A stretch of DNA of 61,789 nt, counting the filler, from Sanchytrium tribonematis (taxonomy: Eukaryota): assembly GCA_018985235.1 (NCBI GenBank). It is 9 parts of 9 records of this genome, joined end to end, with 100 filler letters (N's around TTAATTAATTAA, not from the genome) between each part and the next. Parts side by side here need not be neighbours in the genome. Positions count along the whole stretch, not along the records: positions 1 to 6,829 come from JADGIG010000492.1; positions 6,930 to 13,759 come from JADGIG010000491.1; 7 more parts are not named here. One strand, 5' to 3'. The notes below the pieces were generated by a model. The model ran no database searches, was not told where the DNA came from, and worked only from the letters and a program-made list of their open reading frames with translations. Made by a program: the position numbers and the translations under genes. Of the stretch, positions 1-10,145 are shown one piece after another. Positions within the stretch are counted from its first letter, which is position 1; every line of letters begins with the position of its first letter.

Positions 1-299
1 CCTTGCAATTTCATTTTTTTGTCACTTAAATAATTTTTAAAAGCTACTAGTTCTGCGCATGGACCACAACCCATACTACAAACAGCAATTTCCTGCTTTT
101 TAATTAGTCCACGGAATGACAATAACTTAAATGATTCCCAACAATCTGCATAGCGGTAGCCAAATTTTCGATTTATATACGATTCTTGATACTGCTTACT
201 TGAGTAGTTTGATGCATCGCTGAGTAGCCCATCGTTCTGGGTATTAGTATCCGATATTTTTAGCTTTACCATTATTTCATCTAACCCGCGTACAGTCAT
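1..299 (-). CDS. SAM-dependent methyltransferase-like protein (3' partial, runs off the window)
   Basis: Hand translation from ATG 299: MTVRGLDEIMVK...KQEIAVCSMGCGPCAELVAFKNYL..., open to the window edge. VCSMGCGP resembles class I methyltransferase motif I. Not in the ORF track. Confidence 0.6.
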   Translation of the reverse strand, partial: MTVRGLDEIMVKLKISDTNTQNDGLLSDASNYSSKQYQESYINRKFGYRYADCWESFKLLSFRGLIKKQEIAVCSMGCGPCAELVAFKNYLSDKKMKLQ

Positions 300-723
300 G
301 TTTCAAACAAACCCTAATTTCACGTCTAAGCAAAAAATACTACTTCTTACAATTTTCAATTCAATAGAGCTTGAGCTGTATCTTCTAATGATCTAATATA
401 AATCGTAACTCTATCATAGGAAAAAAGCGGAGAAGGCCAAATTGGTCTTACGGAGATTTGAAATAGATTTCAAAAGTTAGGATAGTCATGAACACTCTCC
501 AAAAATTTACATTCTGATATAATTCTTTCGCAGAAAATAAATTCAACGATATTTGACTAAAAAATAAAAAATTTGAAAATGCAAACTGTAATCTAGAGAA
601 AACTTGGGTGGATTGCTAATTTAGGACTTTATTTGTACACTGTACCAATTTAATGACATTCTAGGACGATTCTCAAGATTGCATTTTGTATTAAATCTCA
701 AGTATGAAGCACCTCCTTCAACA

Positions 724-2379
724 ATGCATTTATTTGTAGCTTTGGTCAAAGCTGCCAAAAACGTCATACAATTTGAAAGAAGACCAACTAGAATTATAGA
801 CAATGATTTACTTCATATTCCATCAGACAAAGATCAACCGCAATTAGTAACTCAAAAGGATATTGATTATCTCAAGTCTCTGGATAATAAAGAAAAGGTC
901 ATATCTGAGATTCAAACATCATCTGTAGCTCAAAAAGAATCTCCTAAGCAAGAGACATTCATAAATCCTGAACTTGTGAGACCGTTGACTGAATCTTCTG
1001 TGCCATCATCTCAATTTTCGAGATTATTTGAATATTCTGGTCTATTTACTAAATTGGCAGCAAATACATTATCACAGACAGTCAAAAATACCTTGTACGG
1101 ATCTGAGTCTCAAAAAAGCGCCTTTCTGAATTCGCAAAACGCTGAGTATTTAGTTTCCAAGTTGACAAAGTTGAGAGGCGCTGCACTTAAATTGGGTCAA
1201 ATGATCAGCATACAAGCAGAAGAATTGTCTCCCGAGCTTCAGAATATTCTTAGTAGAGTGCAAGCGTCTGCAAACTACATGCCTAAATATCAAATGGAGT
1301 CCGTCTTGGGTGATCTTAGAAGTAAATTTGACGAATTTGATGAAGTGCCATTTGCAGCTGCCTCCATTGGTCAGGTTCATAAAGGAAAGATAAATAACGT
1401 CAAGGTAGCTTGCAAAATTCAATATCCTGGTGTTTCTAAATCTATAAATTCTGATCTGTCATCGTTGAAAACCCTTATTAAAATGGGAGACATATTTCCA
1501 AAAGGAATGTATCCAGATAGCATGATATCAGTTGCTAAAAAAGAACTGAAATGGGAAACTAATTATAAAAGAGAGCTTCTTTGCACAATTTGGATGCAAA
1601 AACTGATTCAAGGCAAATTAAATTCAGACGATGTCGAGAAAGAGTGGTCCAGCATCGACAAAATTGAAGATGTAAATGATTCAGAGTTATCTAGACTTCA
1701 AAATATTGGAACGCGAAAGATCCAAACTGATAATCCAAAATATTTTTATGTGCCAAATGTTTTTACTGAAAATTCTAATGAGGTGGTTCTCACGACAGAA
1801 TTTGTAGAAGGTGTCCCATTAGGTATGGTGGCCAATATGTCCCAGGGTGTGCGAAATAAGGTGGCGCAAAGATTGCTTTCACTTTGCATTCAAGAACTAT
1901 TTGATTTTCGAATGATGCAAACTGACCCCAATTTTTCAAATTTTTTATACAACCCTGCAAAAGATATCATTTATCTTATTGATTTTGGTAGTTGCCGACA
2001 ATTTCCCAGAGATTTCACTGCACCTTATCTTGAAATTCTCAAGGGCGCCGCCAGACAAGACCGTGAGACAATTCTCGAAAATAGCATCAAATTGAAGTTC
2101 CTTACTGGAAAAGAAACGCAAACCATGATGAATGCACATGTTGATAGTGTTCTCGCTTTAGGGGAGCCATTTTTGCACGAGATTTATGACTTTTCGAAAG
2201 CGCAGCAAATTACCAAAAAAGTTAGAAGTTTAATCCCAATAATGCTACAGGAGAGACTTACTCCACCTCCAGAGGAAACTTATTCCTTGCATAGAAAAAT
2301 GAGTGGTGCATTCCTATTGTGCAGCAAACTAGGTGCGCAAGTTCGCTGTAGAGAGTTGTTGGAAAATGTGAAAATTTAA
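724..2379 (+). CDS. COQ8: ABC1/UbiB-family atypical kinase COQ8 (ubiquinone biosynthesis)
   Basis: Motifs LRGAALKLGQMISIQ, PFAAASIGQVH, VACKIQYPGV, MQTDPNFSNF, IDFG and RLTPPPEETYSLHRKMSG. First ATG at 724. Confidence 0.95.
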   Translation: MHLFVALVKAAKNVIQFERRPTRIIDNDLLHIPSDKDQPQLVTQKDIDYLKSLDNKEKVISEIQTSSVAQKESPKQETFINPELVRPLTESSVPSSQFSRLFEYSGLFTKLAANTLSQTVKNTLYGSESQKSAFLNSQNAEYLVSKLTKLRGAALKLGQMISIQAEELSPELQNILSRVQASANYMPKYQMESVLGDLRSKFDEFDEVPFAAASIGQVHKGKINNVKVACKIQYPGVSKSINSDLSSLKTLIKMGDIFPKGMYPDSMISVAKKELKWETNYKRELLCTIWMQKLIQGKLNSDDVEKEWSSIDKIEDVNDSELSRLQNIGTRKIQTDNPKYFYVPNVFTENSNEVVLTTEFVEGVPLGMVANMSQGVRNKVAQRLLSLCIQELFDFRMMQTDPNFSNFLYNPAKDIIYLIDFGSCRQFPRDFTAPYLEILKGAARQDRETILENSIKLKFLTGKETQTMMNAHVDSVLALGEPFLHEIYDFSKAQQITKKVRSLIPIMLQERLTPPPEETYSLHRKMSGAFLLCSKLGAQVRCRELLENVKI

Positions 2380-2428
2380 TCTATAAATTTAATATTAAAA
2401 ATAAAACAGAATAGGATTTATTTTGAAA

Positions 2429-5405
2429 TTAAATAGGACTTTTACCATCCCAGCCCCTGGGTTCTCTTTCCATACTAAGCTTATAAAGTTCTTTGTCGAT
2501 GTCTTCTTTCATTAATGGTATGTTTCTAAGAAGTTTTTGTATATCTCCTACTGGAACCAAATTGTACGGTATTTCTTGGCATTTTAGCATAGCACTAATA
2601 ACTCCAGTCTCTAAAACCCTTTTAGTAAAATTAATCATTTTGTCTATCTTATCTGGATTGCCGTCTGCAACGTAAATTAAATCTAATAAATGTACTCCGC
2701 TAAATAAATATAAATTACATATAAGGGATCTTTGCTTCATCTTTGTCTGTATTAGCGTAAAGTAGCGACCTATAATTTCTATATGCATTTTCAGGGCTTA
2801 AAGCTAATTCTAGCTCAGTTTTTCTTTTCTTTGATTTGACTGACACTTCATTCCAGCTATATTTTAAACGGCTTATAGCTGCACTGTTGAGACCTGCAAC
2901 CACCGCCATGCAGCCACTAAAATTCCTTAAATTTAGCAAGCAACTGGCCAACTCTACTAGAAATTCTATTCTATTTGCTCTTCTTTTTAGACTTTTACCC
3001 TCCAAGACAGACTTTGCTGTCCAACTGGCCATTGAATTAAATCTTTCAGTCATAGACCAAACATTGGGTGCCCGCCGTTCTCCATCTGACTTGGCCCAAG
3101 CTTGTCCCAGAAATTCTGTTGGGAGAATGTTCTGAAAAAATTTTGATTCGGTTATGCAAACCTGTCTTGCGATTTCCTCAGGATCATGATGAAATATACT
3201 AGGATTTTGAACGAATTTTTTAGGCAATTTGGGTAATGGTGGTGGTTCGGAGAACTGGTACTGATTGTTGTTCATAGAACCGATTCTCAGAAGACATTTT
3301 CTAATATGTTTTGCAAGTTGAGCTTGTTTATCTGGGACAAGAATATTTTCTGAAAATTCCAAGACATCTTTAATTAGGTAAGCGCCCTTCAGCGGGTCCT
3401 CAAAAGCGGTTTGGTACTGCTTAGTCCATACTTTTAAGACATTTCCGACTCTAAGCTGCACCAAATTTCGAAATTCAATAAAATCTTTTGCAGACTGATT
3501 TTGTTGTCTTGGAACATGATATCTTTCCTTGAGTTTATAGAAAAGGGTTTGGCTGTTAGTAAAACTGTGATATGTTAGTAGAAATGTTTGCAAATAAGCA
3601 TTGTAAAGCTGAAAATCTTTAATTTCTGTTGCTGTCAGCTTCTCAATCAATTTGCTAAGTGTTCCGGCAGCAATATTGCACTCTAATCTATTTAAATCTT
3701 TTTGCTTTATTTCGTCTTTAGTTATTTCTTGAGAAGTAAGACTGTATCTAATGTTGTCGGGCGCATCTTCGCCAGAAAGCCAAACATTTTCATCAGTCAT
3801 TGTCATATAAATTCCATGATATTTATCGTTGACATTAATTCTAATGACCTGGGAAGGTTTAATCTTTATTTGATGAAAATTTTGCTTTCTATCTAGCTCA
3901 TAACTCTTGCCATCTATCCGCAACTCAAAGCTTTTAAAGTTAGATTTTGGGATTCCAAATTTTCTTTCCAGCAAAGATTCAATTTCTTCAAGCTTCTTGC
4001 TCGGGTATATCTCAATTTCCTGAGCAGAATCATCCACACTTAATTGAAATGGTATCAGTCGACTTTGTTCCCTTAAAACAAATTCCTCGGTACTCAAAAC
4101 TTCTTTGATAACTTGCCAAATTGTATTTTGCGCCAAAAGTTTCTCACCACTTTTATTATAAAGCCACAATTCTGGTACATCTGCCCTTGTCAATTCTAAT
4201 TTGCATAAGTTCACAACATCTTGAACAGTTGCTTCTTCCGTAATTAATAAACGATAAGGTTCTCCGTAATCATTAAATATAGTAATTTCTTCAGTCTGAA
4301 GTCTAAGTTCAATTCCACACTGATTAATGTTTTGAGTGAAATCTCCAGCCTTTTCATTGAAACCATAATCACTTAAACATCTTTTGAGATCCATCCAAGT
4401 AGAATTATGAGTTAGAAATATAGAATAATGAGATGAAGGTTTTGGTAATTTTAATGATCTTACTTTCAGATTGTACTGAATGAGTCTGCTAACATCAGCT
4501 CCTGTAAATGTTAATGGCGCTTTCATGACAAATTTGGCATCAAGCACTGGAATAGTCACTCTTACATATAATTGATACCCGTTGAGTCTCAATTCCACTT
4601 TGTCTTCTAAATTAAATTCGTAAGCTCTTAAAGGCTTGTTTTCTTCTAGCCAATAGCCATGTTGTGATGTGCAAAATAAGGTAAAAGGATCTTTCTCGGG
4701 TAATTTAAAATGAGCTTTCACCTTTTCGACAGCTTCTTTTACAGACAATGTAGCATTATAATTAAGTATCATTTCCTTATCATCATTTGCTAAGCTTATT
4801 TTAAGTGTTTCCACAAAGTCTTTTTTCATGATTCTCCATTTTTCATCAACTGAATTTAAATAACTTTCACGTAAGACTTCATCCACAAATTCCATGTGCT
4901 GGAATTCCACTCGCTGTCCATGGTATTTAAGATCAAAATGGTATAAATCGTATAAAAGAGGGTCATTATTTTCTTTAATTTCCAATTGTTCTAAAATACT
5001 GGTAATTGCTTGCTTCGCTGTTATCATTTTAATTGTATGATTGTTAGAAACTTCAAATACACATTTACAAGTTGGCTTGGGCCCGTTATTGACGTAAACA
5101 TCTACTCCGGCGGGATTATATTCAAGGTTTCCATTCCACTCTTCCACTTCGTCTGCCGTCATTTCACTAGCAGTATCAGAGGTTGATTTTGGTTTTCTAT
5201 CTAATATTTTACCAAAAAATTTACCGGTACTACTTTTACCAAATTCATTTATACTTTTCGTATCTCTACTTGGTTTTTTAGGCTTGAAATCATCACTCTC
5301 GTCATCCTTACTCTCGACATAAGTTTGACGCTTTAACATTTTTGATATAGCATCATCTGTTTTCAAAGTAGCGCTAGAATTTCTTCTGGATCTTGGTGCA
5401 TCCAT
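2429..5405 (-). CDS. Ras guanine-nucleotide exchange factor (REM + CDC25 domains; N-terminal ubiquitin/FERM-like repeats); 2 exons 5405-2719 and 2699-2429, 985 aa
   Basis: AGTLSKLIEKL, FLLTYHSF, PEEIARQ, LRNFSGCMAVVAGLNSAAISRLK. Splicing joins KIPYI-GVHLLDLIYVADGNPD...INFTKR, the canonical CDC25 C-terminal motif. Confidence 0.92.
2700..2718 (-). other. 19-nt spliceosomal intron in RasGEF (gtaatttatatttatttag)
   Basis: GT-AG. Removal restores the IPY(I/L)GV motif, and the intron contains the in-frame stop of the upstream ORF. Confidence 0.9.
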
Positions 5406-5599
5406 TTGACGTGATTCAACTCTTTCAAGCCACAAGATTTTTATTTGAGCAGCAGTGCCCTTTTAGTGAATAAGAGAACGGGAGTTGCAATAATGCTCGT
5501 AATGCAAGGGCTATTCTAGCTGTAATGTAATACGTGTAGACGGTGACTTTTAGATTTGAAACTGGATTTATAAAACTAAGGAAAATTATTGTAAGTGCT

Positions 5600-6097
5600 T
5601 TATTTAGCTGGTACTTCTAGAGTTCCAGCACCAATTTGATCACTGAGCTCTTTTGGGGATTGTCCATCAACAGTACATCCAACACTGAAAGCAGTTCCAA
5701 GAATTTCTTTAATACTACCTTTAAGATCTTTGGCATAACTCTTAACTTTCATTTCTCTAGCAATATCAATAATTTTTGCTAATGGAATATCTCCATTGTG
5801 AAGTATATTCTTTTCCTTCTTCTTGTCGCGAGGAGGTTCATTTAAGGCTTTAATTACTAAACTACTTGCACTTGGAAGAACAGAAACCTGAGCTTGTCTG
5901 TTTTGAATTTTTAATTGTACTGTGACTCTAAGTCCTTTCCACTGTTGAGTATTTTTTGCAATATCGTCACCTACTTTCTTTGGTGATAAACCTAAAGGTC
6001 CAATTTTAGGTGCTAGAGCAGATCCACCCGGTACTTCTCCACCAGTAACTCGAAGATTTACATATACAACCTCATTAGGATCAAATTTTGGTGGCAT
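5600..6097 (-). CDS. RPL12: 60S ribosomal protein L12 (uL11)
   Basis: [10 protein letters not shown]...GGEV...[19 protein letters not shown]; full-length and intronless. Confidence 0.98.
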   Translation of the reverse strand: MPPKFDPNEVVYVNLRVTGGEVPGGSALAPKIGPLGLSPKKVGDDIAKNTQQWKGLRVTVQLKIQNRQAQVSVLPSASSLVIKALNEPPRDKKKEKNILHNGDIPLAKIIDIAREMKVKSYAKDLKGSIKEILGTAFSVGCTVDGQSPKELSDQIGAGTLEVPAK

Positions 6098-6134
6098 TTT
6101 TTATCTTTCTGACAAATCTACGACAATTACAATT

Positions 6135-6152
6135 CACGTGTATTTGACCAAT
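6135..6152. promoter_or_regulatory. E-box (CACGTG) plus CCAAT box upstream of RPL12
   Basis: cacgtg at 6135-6140 and ccaat at 6148-6152, 40-55 nt upstream of the RPL12 ATG. Motif match only. Confidence 0.35.
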
Positions 6153-6423
6153 CAATAATTGTTTTAGGTTTCTCCCTTTTTACTTGGCTTGTATCAACAC
6201 TTTTCCCACAACGATGTCGCTGATTATTAAACTAGTCATTTAAATATCATCTCACGCTAGGAATTGTAGCAGACATCTTTGTAGATGCAATATAATCCCA
6301 CATTCTACTACTAAATTATTGAGTTCTAAAATTAAGTTAATTATCGCTGCTATAGAAAATGATTTGCAAATTTGCTGATTATTGAAAACATCTGCGTCAC
6401 ATTTTACTGACTATGAGCGATTT

Positions 6424-6829
6424 ATGCTGTCTTTAGTGTGCCATAAGCTATTAATAAATCGTTGCAAATTTGTTTTTCAAACAATCATGTCCCAACCAAT
6501 TATTCATCAATCCAAATTTCCACTTAATAGTCAGTTGCATATTCAAAGGTACCCAAGTAGTGAAATTAATATTAGCACATGTAATGAATTTGGTGTTCTC
6601 GAAGACATCAATGCGTATTACGTGTTATGCCACGAATACGGTTATATTATGCACCATGATACTATCTTTACACTAAATCATCCAGAAATTACGTGTGTGC
6701 AGCTTTCGAGAATTCTTCCGAAAACCTTGAAAGATGGATACACTCACATGTTATTTGTTTTCACAAATGAATCAGTTTTTTATTATGCATATAAATATGA
6801 ATCAAATACCGCTTTACTTGTACATCAAA
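6424..6829 (+). CDS. Hypothetical protein, 3' partial (cut by spacer)
   Basis: Open frame to the contig end. Start could be ATG 6424 or 6487; no recognisable motif. Confidence 0.5.
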
Positions 6830-6929
6830 NNNNNNNNNNNNNNNNNNNNNNNNNNNNNNNNNNNNNNNNNNNNTTAATTAATTAANNNNNNNNNNNNNNN
6901 NNNNNNNNNNNNNNNNNNNNNNNNNNNNN
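6830..6929. other. Artificial contig spacer N44-TTAATTAATTAA-N44
   Basis: N-runs flanking a 12-mer with stops in all six frames. Confidence 0.98.
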
Positions 6930-6931
6930 TA

Positions 6932-8899
6932 CTATGCCGTTATTTGAATAACAAAGAATATAGAAATTCAGTTAGTACTATTATTTTAAAATATTGCGAT
7001 TTGGAAATTGTGGCTGCTTGCCTTGCTAAATATAACGTTGATGAGTTTTCAGCCGCCACTTTACTTCTAGTGCATATAAATGATAGAAGACCATTTGAAT
7101 CAACTTACTCTTCATTATGCCAAATTTTGGATTTTAAAGACAAGAAAATCTCTTTAACTGTCGATCAATTGATGCGACTTTACAAAACTGGATCTACATC
7201 ACAGCAAATGATGTTTAGAGCATTGTTTAATCACAGAGATGTGTTTGTAGATTTTCTAGAATATATTGTCAATTATCCACATGACTTTATCTACTATTTT
7301 AATACAAGTTTTGTTTTGGATTTTTTGAAAGCTGCGAAAGGCATAAACTTTGATTCGTTTTTAAGTTTAATTTATCCCACTGCAAATGTTGAGTTTCTAG
7401 TTTTTGTTTCAAAGTGTTTAAGTACAAACGTCACTTATAGCAAAAGATTTGTTAATATTGTCATAAAACATTTTGTATTTACAAATTTTTCATCTCTTAG
7501 AAAAATTGGAATCAAACTTTTAAACCCAACTCCATCTGAATACTTTGACTCAGATTTACTCCCGGAGCTATGTATCGGCAATCTGGACTCTGAATGGCCC
7601 ACTTTGAGAGAAAGTTGCATAGCATGTTTGCTACTGCTAAATGATAAAAAGCCAATACAAGGTCTATCAACAATATTCAGAAACAATGGCATACCACATT
7701 TTCAGACACCAGATTTTGTGTTTGAAACTGGTTACAAAATTATTGAGTCGTTGAAGAAGTGTCCCCAAACACAACTTGATGGCCTGAGTGATGAAGCCAT
7801 TGAGCTAATCAGCTCAGAAAATGTTGAAATTGATACACTTTGGAGAAATTTAAAAGAAATTGGCAAATACATTGCATCAAAGTGTGCCGAATGGGAGAAA
7901 GAAAAAATTCTTGCATTTTTTGAAAGCATTTTTACAAATATTCGTCACTGGGGCATTTTAAATGAGATGTTATCTGAATATACCCGAATTTGCAAATTTT
8001 ATCATTCAAGTGAGAAGGAATGTATTTACTGGTATAAAAGAATCGTATCTGATACTCGACAGGTAAACAGAATGGACGGGAAGTACTCGGGCCTTAGTTA
8101 TTTGCTTCTTGCCCCTTTAAGGGCTTTAAATGGATTCCCTGCAAAACTTGTGAAAGAAATAGAACAAGATTTACCTACGAATAATACTAATGTAATTTCA
8201 ATTTTGTATATACTGCTCACTGATTCAATTGTAGGCGACTGGTGCATTGAGATGACGCCAAAACTATTTGAACTGGTATTTAGCATGCCAGATATGCTTC
8301 AATGGGCTGGCAAATTGTTAAAGGCATGGATAAAACGTTGTAAACTTTCTCTACCCGAGCTTATTGATAGATGGCCTGTCTGCTCTAAAATTTTGCTGCA
8401 TGCTTTGAGAAACTCAGCTGATACAAAGTTATTGGCATTGTTGATTATTCAGGAATCTTCAAATTTATGTTCTCAAAAAGTGGAAGCATATTTAATGAAG
8501 GAAATTATAAATTGTGGGCACTCCGAGAATGCAAAAGTGAGAGCTGTTGCTGCTAGAGTCACAAATTCACTGCTTTCTAAAGACCAGCTGCAGGATATTT
8601 TAAAAAATGAAAGCCCAAATTTCAATAATTTTGTAGATTTACTGTTCCAGGAATCGAAAGATAGTCTTGCACTGGAAGAGGATTTCAATCTAGAACACAA
8701 CGTTGGTGCAGATCAATTTAAAGTGGAAAAAGCGGGATGGAACCTTTTGAAGCTAAATTCGAACGAGGAAGATATTATGATGCATTACTTTGAGCATGGA
8801 AAAACTGTCAAGCTTCCACATTATGAAGAATCATGGAATGAAATTATAGATGGAAATCACATTTACAATTATTCTAATTTTATTAATAAATTGCTTTGA
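6932..8899 (+). CDS. THADA/Trm732-like ARM-repeat protein (5' partial)
   Basis: FTNIRHWG and RMDGKYSGLSYLL resemble the DUF2428 motifs RHRG and RRSAGLP; SENAKVRAVAAR resembles the C-terminal KVRxxAAR motif. Frame open to the contig start. Confidence 0.6.
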   Translation, partial: LCRYLNNKEYRNSVSTIILKYCDLEIVAACLAKYNVDEFSAATLLLVHINDRRPFESTYSSLCQILDFKDKKISLTVDQLMRLYKTGSTSQQMMFRALFNHRDVFVDFLEYIVNYPHDFIYYFNTSFVLDFLKAAKGINFDSFLSLIYPTANVEFLVFVSKCLSTNVTYSKRFVNIVIKHFVFTNFSSLRKIGIKLLNPTPSEYFDSDLLPELCIGNLDSEWPTLRESCIACLLLLNDKKPIQGLSTIFRNNGIPHFQTPDFVFETGYKIIESLKKCPQTQLDGLSDEAIELISSENVEIDTLWRNLKEIGKYIASKCAEWEKEKILAFFESIFTNIRHWGILNEMLSEYTRICKFYHSSEKECIYWYKRIVSDTRQVNRMDGKYSGLSYLLLAPLRALNGFPAKLVKEIEQDLPTNNTNVISILYILLTDSIVGDWCIEMTPKLFELVFSMPDMLQWAGKLLKAWIKRCKLSLPELIDRWPVCSKILLHALRNSADTKLLALLIIQESSNLCSQKVEAYLMKEIINCGHSENAKVRAVAARVTNSLLSKDQLQDILKNESPNFNNFVDLLFQESKDSLALEEDFNLEHNVGADQFKVEKAGWNLLKLNSNEEDIMMHYFEHGKTVKLPHYEESWNEIIDGNHIYNYSNFINKLL

Positions 8900-8950
8900 A
8901 AGATTCTAAATAATTAAAGTCTGGAGAATCTATCCACCTTTTACCATAAA

Positions 8951-9036
8951 ACTGAGATGAAAGCTTTGGGTAATTGCATTTTCTGGGTGTTGGTAAGTTT
9001 CTCTTGAGCTGAGGGTGCGCTAATTCCCATCTCAGT
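8951..9036 (+). ncRNA. Candidate structured ncRNA (long hairpin), identity unresolved
   Basis: actgagatg (8951-8959) pairs with catctcagt (9028-9036). Inner arms gggtaattgcattttc and gagggtgcgctaattccc pair with G-U wobbles. Lies in an unusually long 183-nt convergent intergenic gap. Confidence 0.35.
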
Positions 9037-9082
9037 CGAATAGTATCTTCGCGATTCATAAAATATCAGACAGACCTATTTA

Positions 9083-9517
9083 TTAATTTTGCAATTCATT
9101 TTTTAGTTCAACGTATTGTAGCGGGCTTTTCTTCTTGAGGTATTTCATATTTCTTATCTGTTTAAACTCTAGTTCTTGTAATTTTTGCTTAGTCGTAAAA
9201 TCTTTTGTATTATTTTTCAAATGATTTTGCAATCCTTGTATCTTGATATGCAAATTTCTAATTTGATAAGCCATGTCTCCGCTTGAACTGGATGGAATAT
9301 CGTGTTTTTTGGCCAAAGAAGCTTCCAATTGTGAAGCTGTATCATCTGACAAAATGCGTCGTAGCATTTCCACTCTTTCTTCAATAGTCGGGCGTTTGTC
9401 GTTGTGTAGTCTGGGGTTTTCTTTAGATTCAATTATGGGAGCATATTTGAGAATGAAATCGATCTCTGGCTGCGATAGTTTGAAGCGATAAAAACTTCGA
9501 CGAATGGACAAAAACAT
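9083..9517 (-). CDS. Mitochondrial ribosomal protein S15 (uS15m)
   Basis: SSGDMAYQIRNLHIKIQGLQNHLKNNTKDF...MKYLKKKSPLQY (S15 core). Arg/Ser-rich presequence from ATG 9517. Confidence 0.8.
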   Translation of the reverse strand: MFLSIRRSFYRFKLSQPEIDFILKYAPIIESKENPRLHNDKRPTIEERVEMLRRILSDDTASQLEASLAKKHDIPSSSSGDMAYQIRNLHIKIQGLQNHLKNNTKDFTTKQKLQELEFKQIRNMKYLKKKSPLQYVELKNELQN

Positions 9518-9537
9518 GTACAATAAGGGGTAATTTA

Positions 9538-10125
9538 TTAATTGTAACCTATGCAATACATAAATTTCGTCTTTTTGTATTTGTCTATCATCTCATTCAT
9601 AATTTTTGGCCCTTGGTCGTGTATATCTGTCGCATTCTCAAATCTAACTGCAAGATCTTTAATGATTTCTCCACCCAACTTGGCTTGTTCAGCGTTATCC
9701 TTAATGTCTACGTTTATTACATGAACTGGATATGTGCTATATGATCTGGTGGCAAGATCTTCAACAACTGCATCAAAGACTCGCTCTTCACAACAAATAA
9801 CAACATCAAATTTGTGACTTTTAGATTCAGTTTGCCATTTTTCAGGTTTTTCTTTAATTTTTCGGTTTCTATCGACCATTTTAATAAGGCCATTGTTGGT
9901 ATAGAAATCCATATCTTGTGACTCTAAATCCTCGTAAATTTCTTGATAGGTTGATTTGCCAAAAGGATAAATATTTGGCGAATTCTGCTTCTTCCCAGGC
10001 AATTTACAGCTATTTCCGGTACCATAAGATTTTACATCTAATTTGGCATCCAGCATGACACAATGCCCTTCCATCGATCTATTAAAGTTGCTCGCACAAA
10101 CGACTGAAAATTTTAAATTCGGCAT
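9538..10125 (-). CDS. SSU72: RNA Pol II CTD phosphatase SSU72
   Basis: VVCASNFNRSMEGH (CX5R), SYGTG, FDVVICCEERVFDAVVEDL. Confidence 0.97.
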   Translation of the reverse strand: MPNLKFSVVCASNFNRSMEGHCVMLDAKLDVKSYGTGNSCKLPGKKQNSPNIYPFGKSTYQEIYEDLESQDMDFYTNNGLIKMVDRNRKIKEKPEKWQTESKSHKFDVVICCEERVFDAVVEDLATRSYSTYPVHVINVDIKDNAEQAKLGGEIIKDLAVRFENATDIHDQGPKIMNEMIDKYKKTKFMYCIGYN

Positions 10126-10145
10126 TCTCCTTGTTTTCAGCGTAA

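Noticed and set aside
6874..6885. TTAATTAATTAA recurring about every 6.9 kb as a biological repeat or CRISPR-like array
   Set aside because: Always embedded in fixed N-runs, has stops in all six frames and cuts genes mid-frame. It is an assembly linker.
10126..10132. AGGAG before ATG as a true Shine-Dalgarno, implying bacterial origin
   Set aside because: The genes are eukaryote-specific, spacing is 0-1 nt (too short for SD function), and the motif is as common in reverse orientation. Kept as a promoter-motif finding instead.
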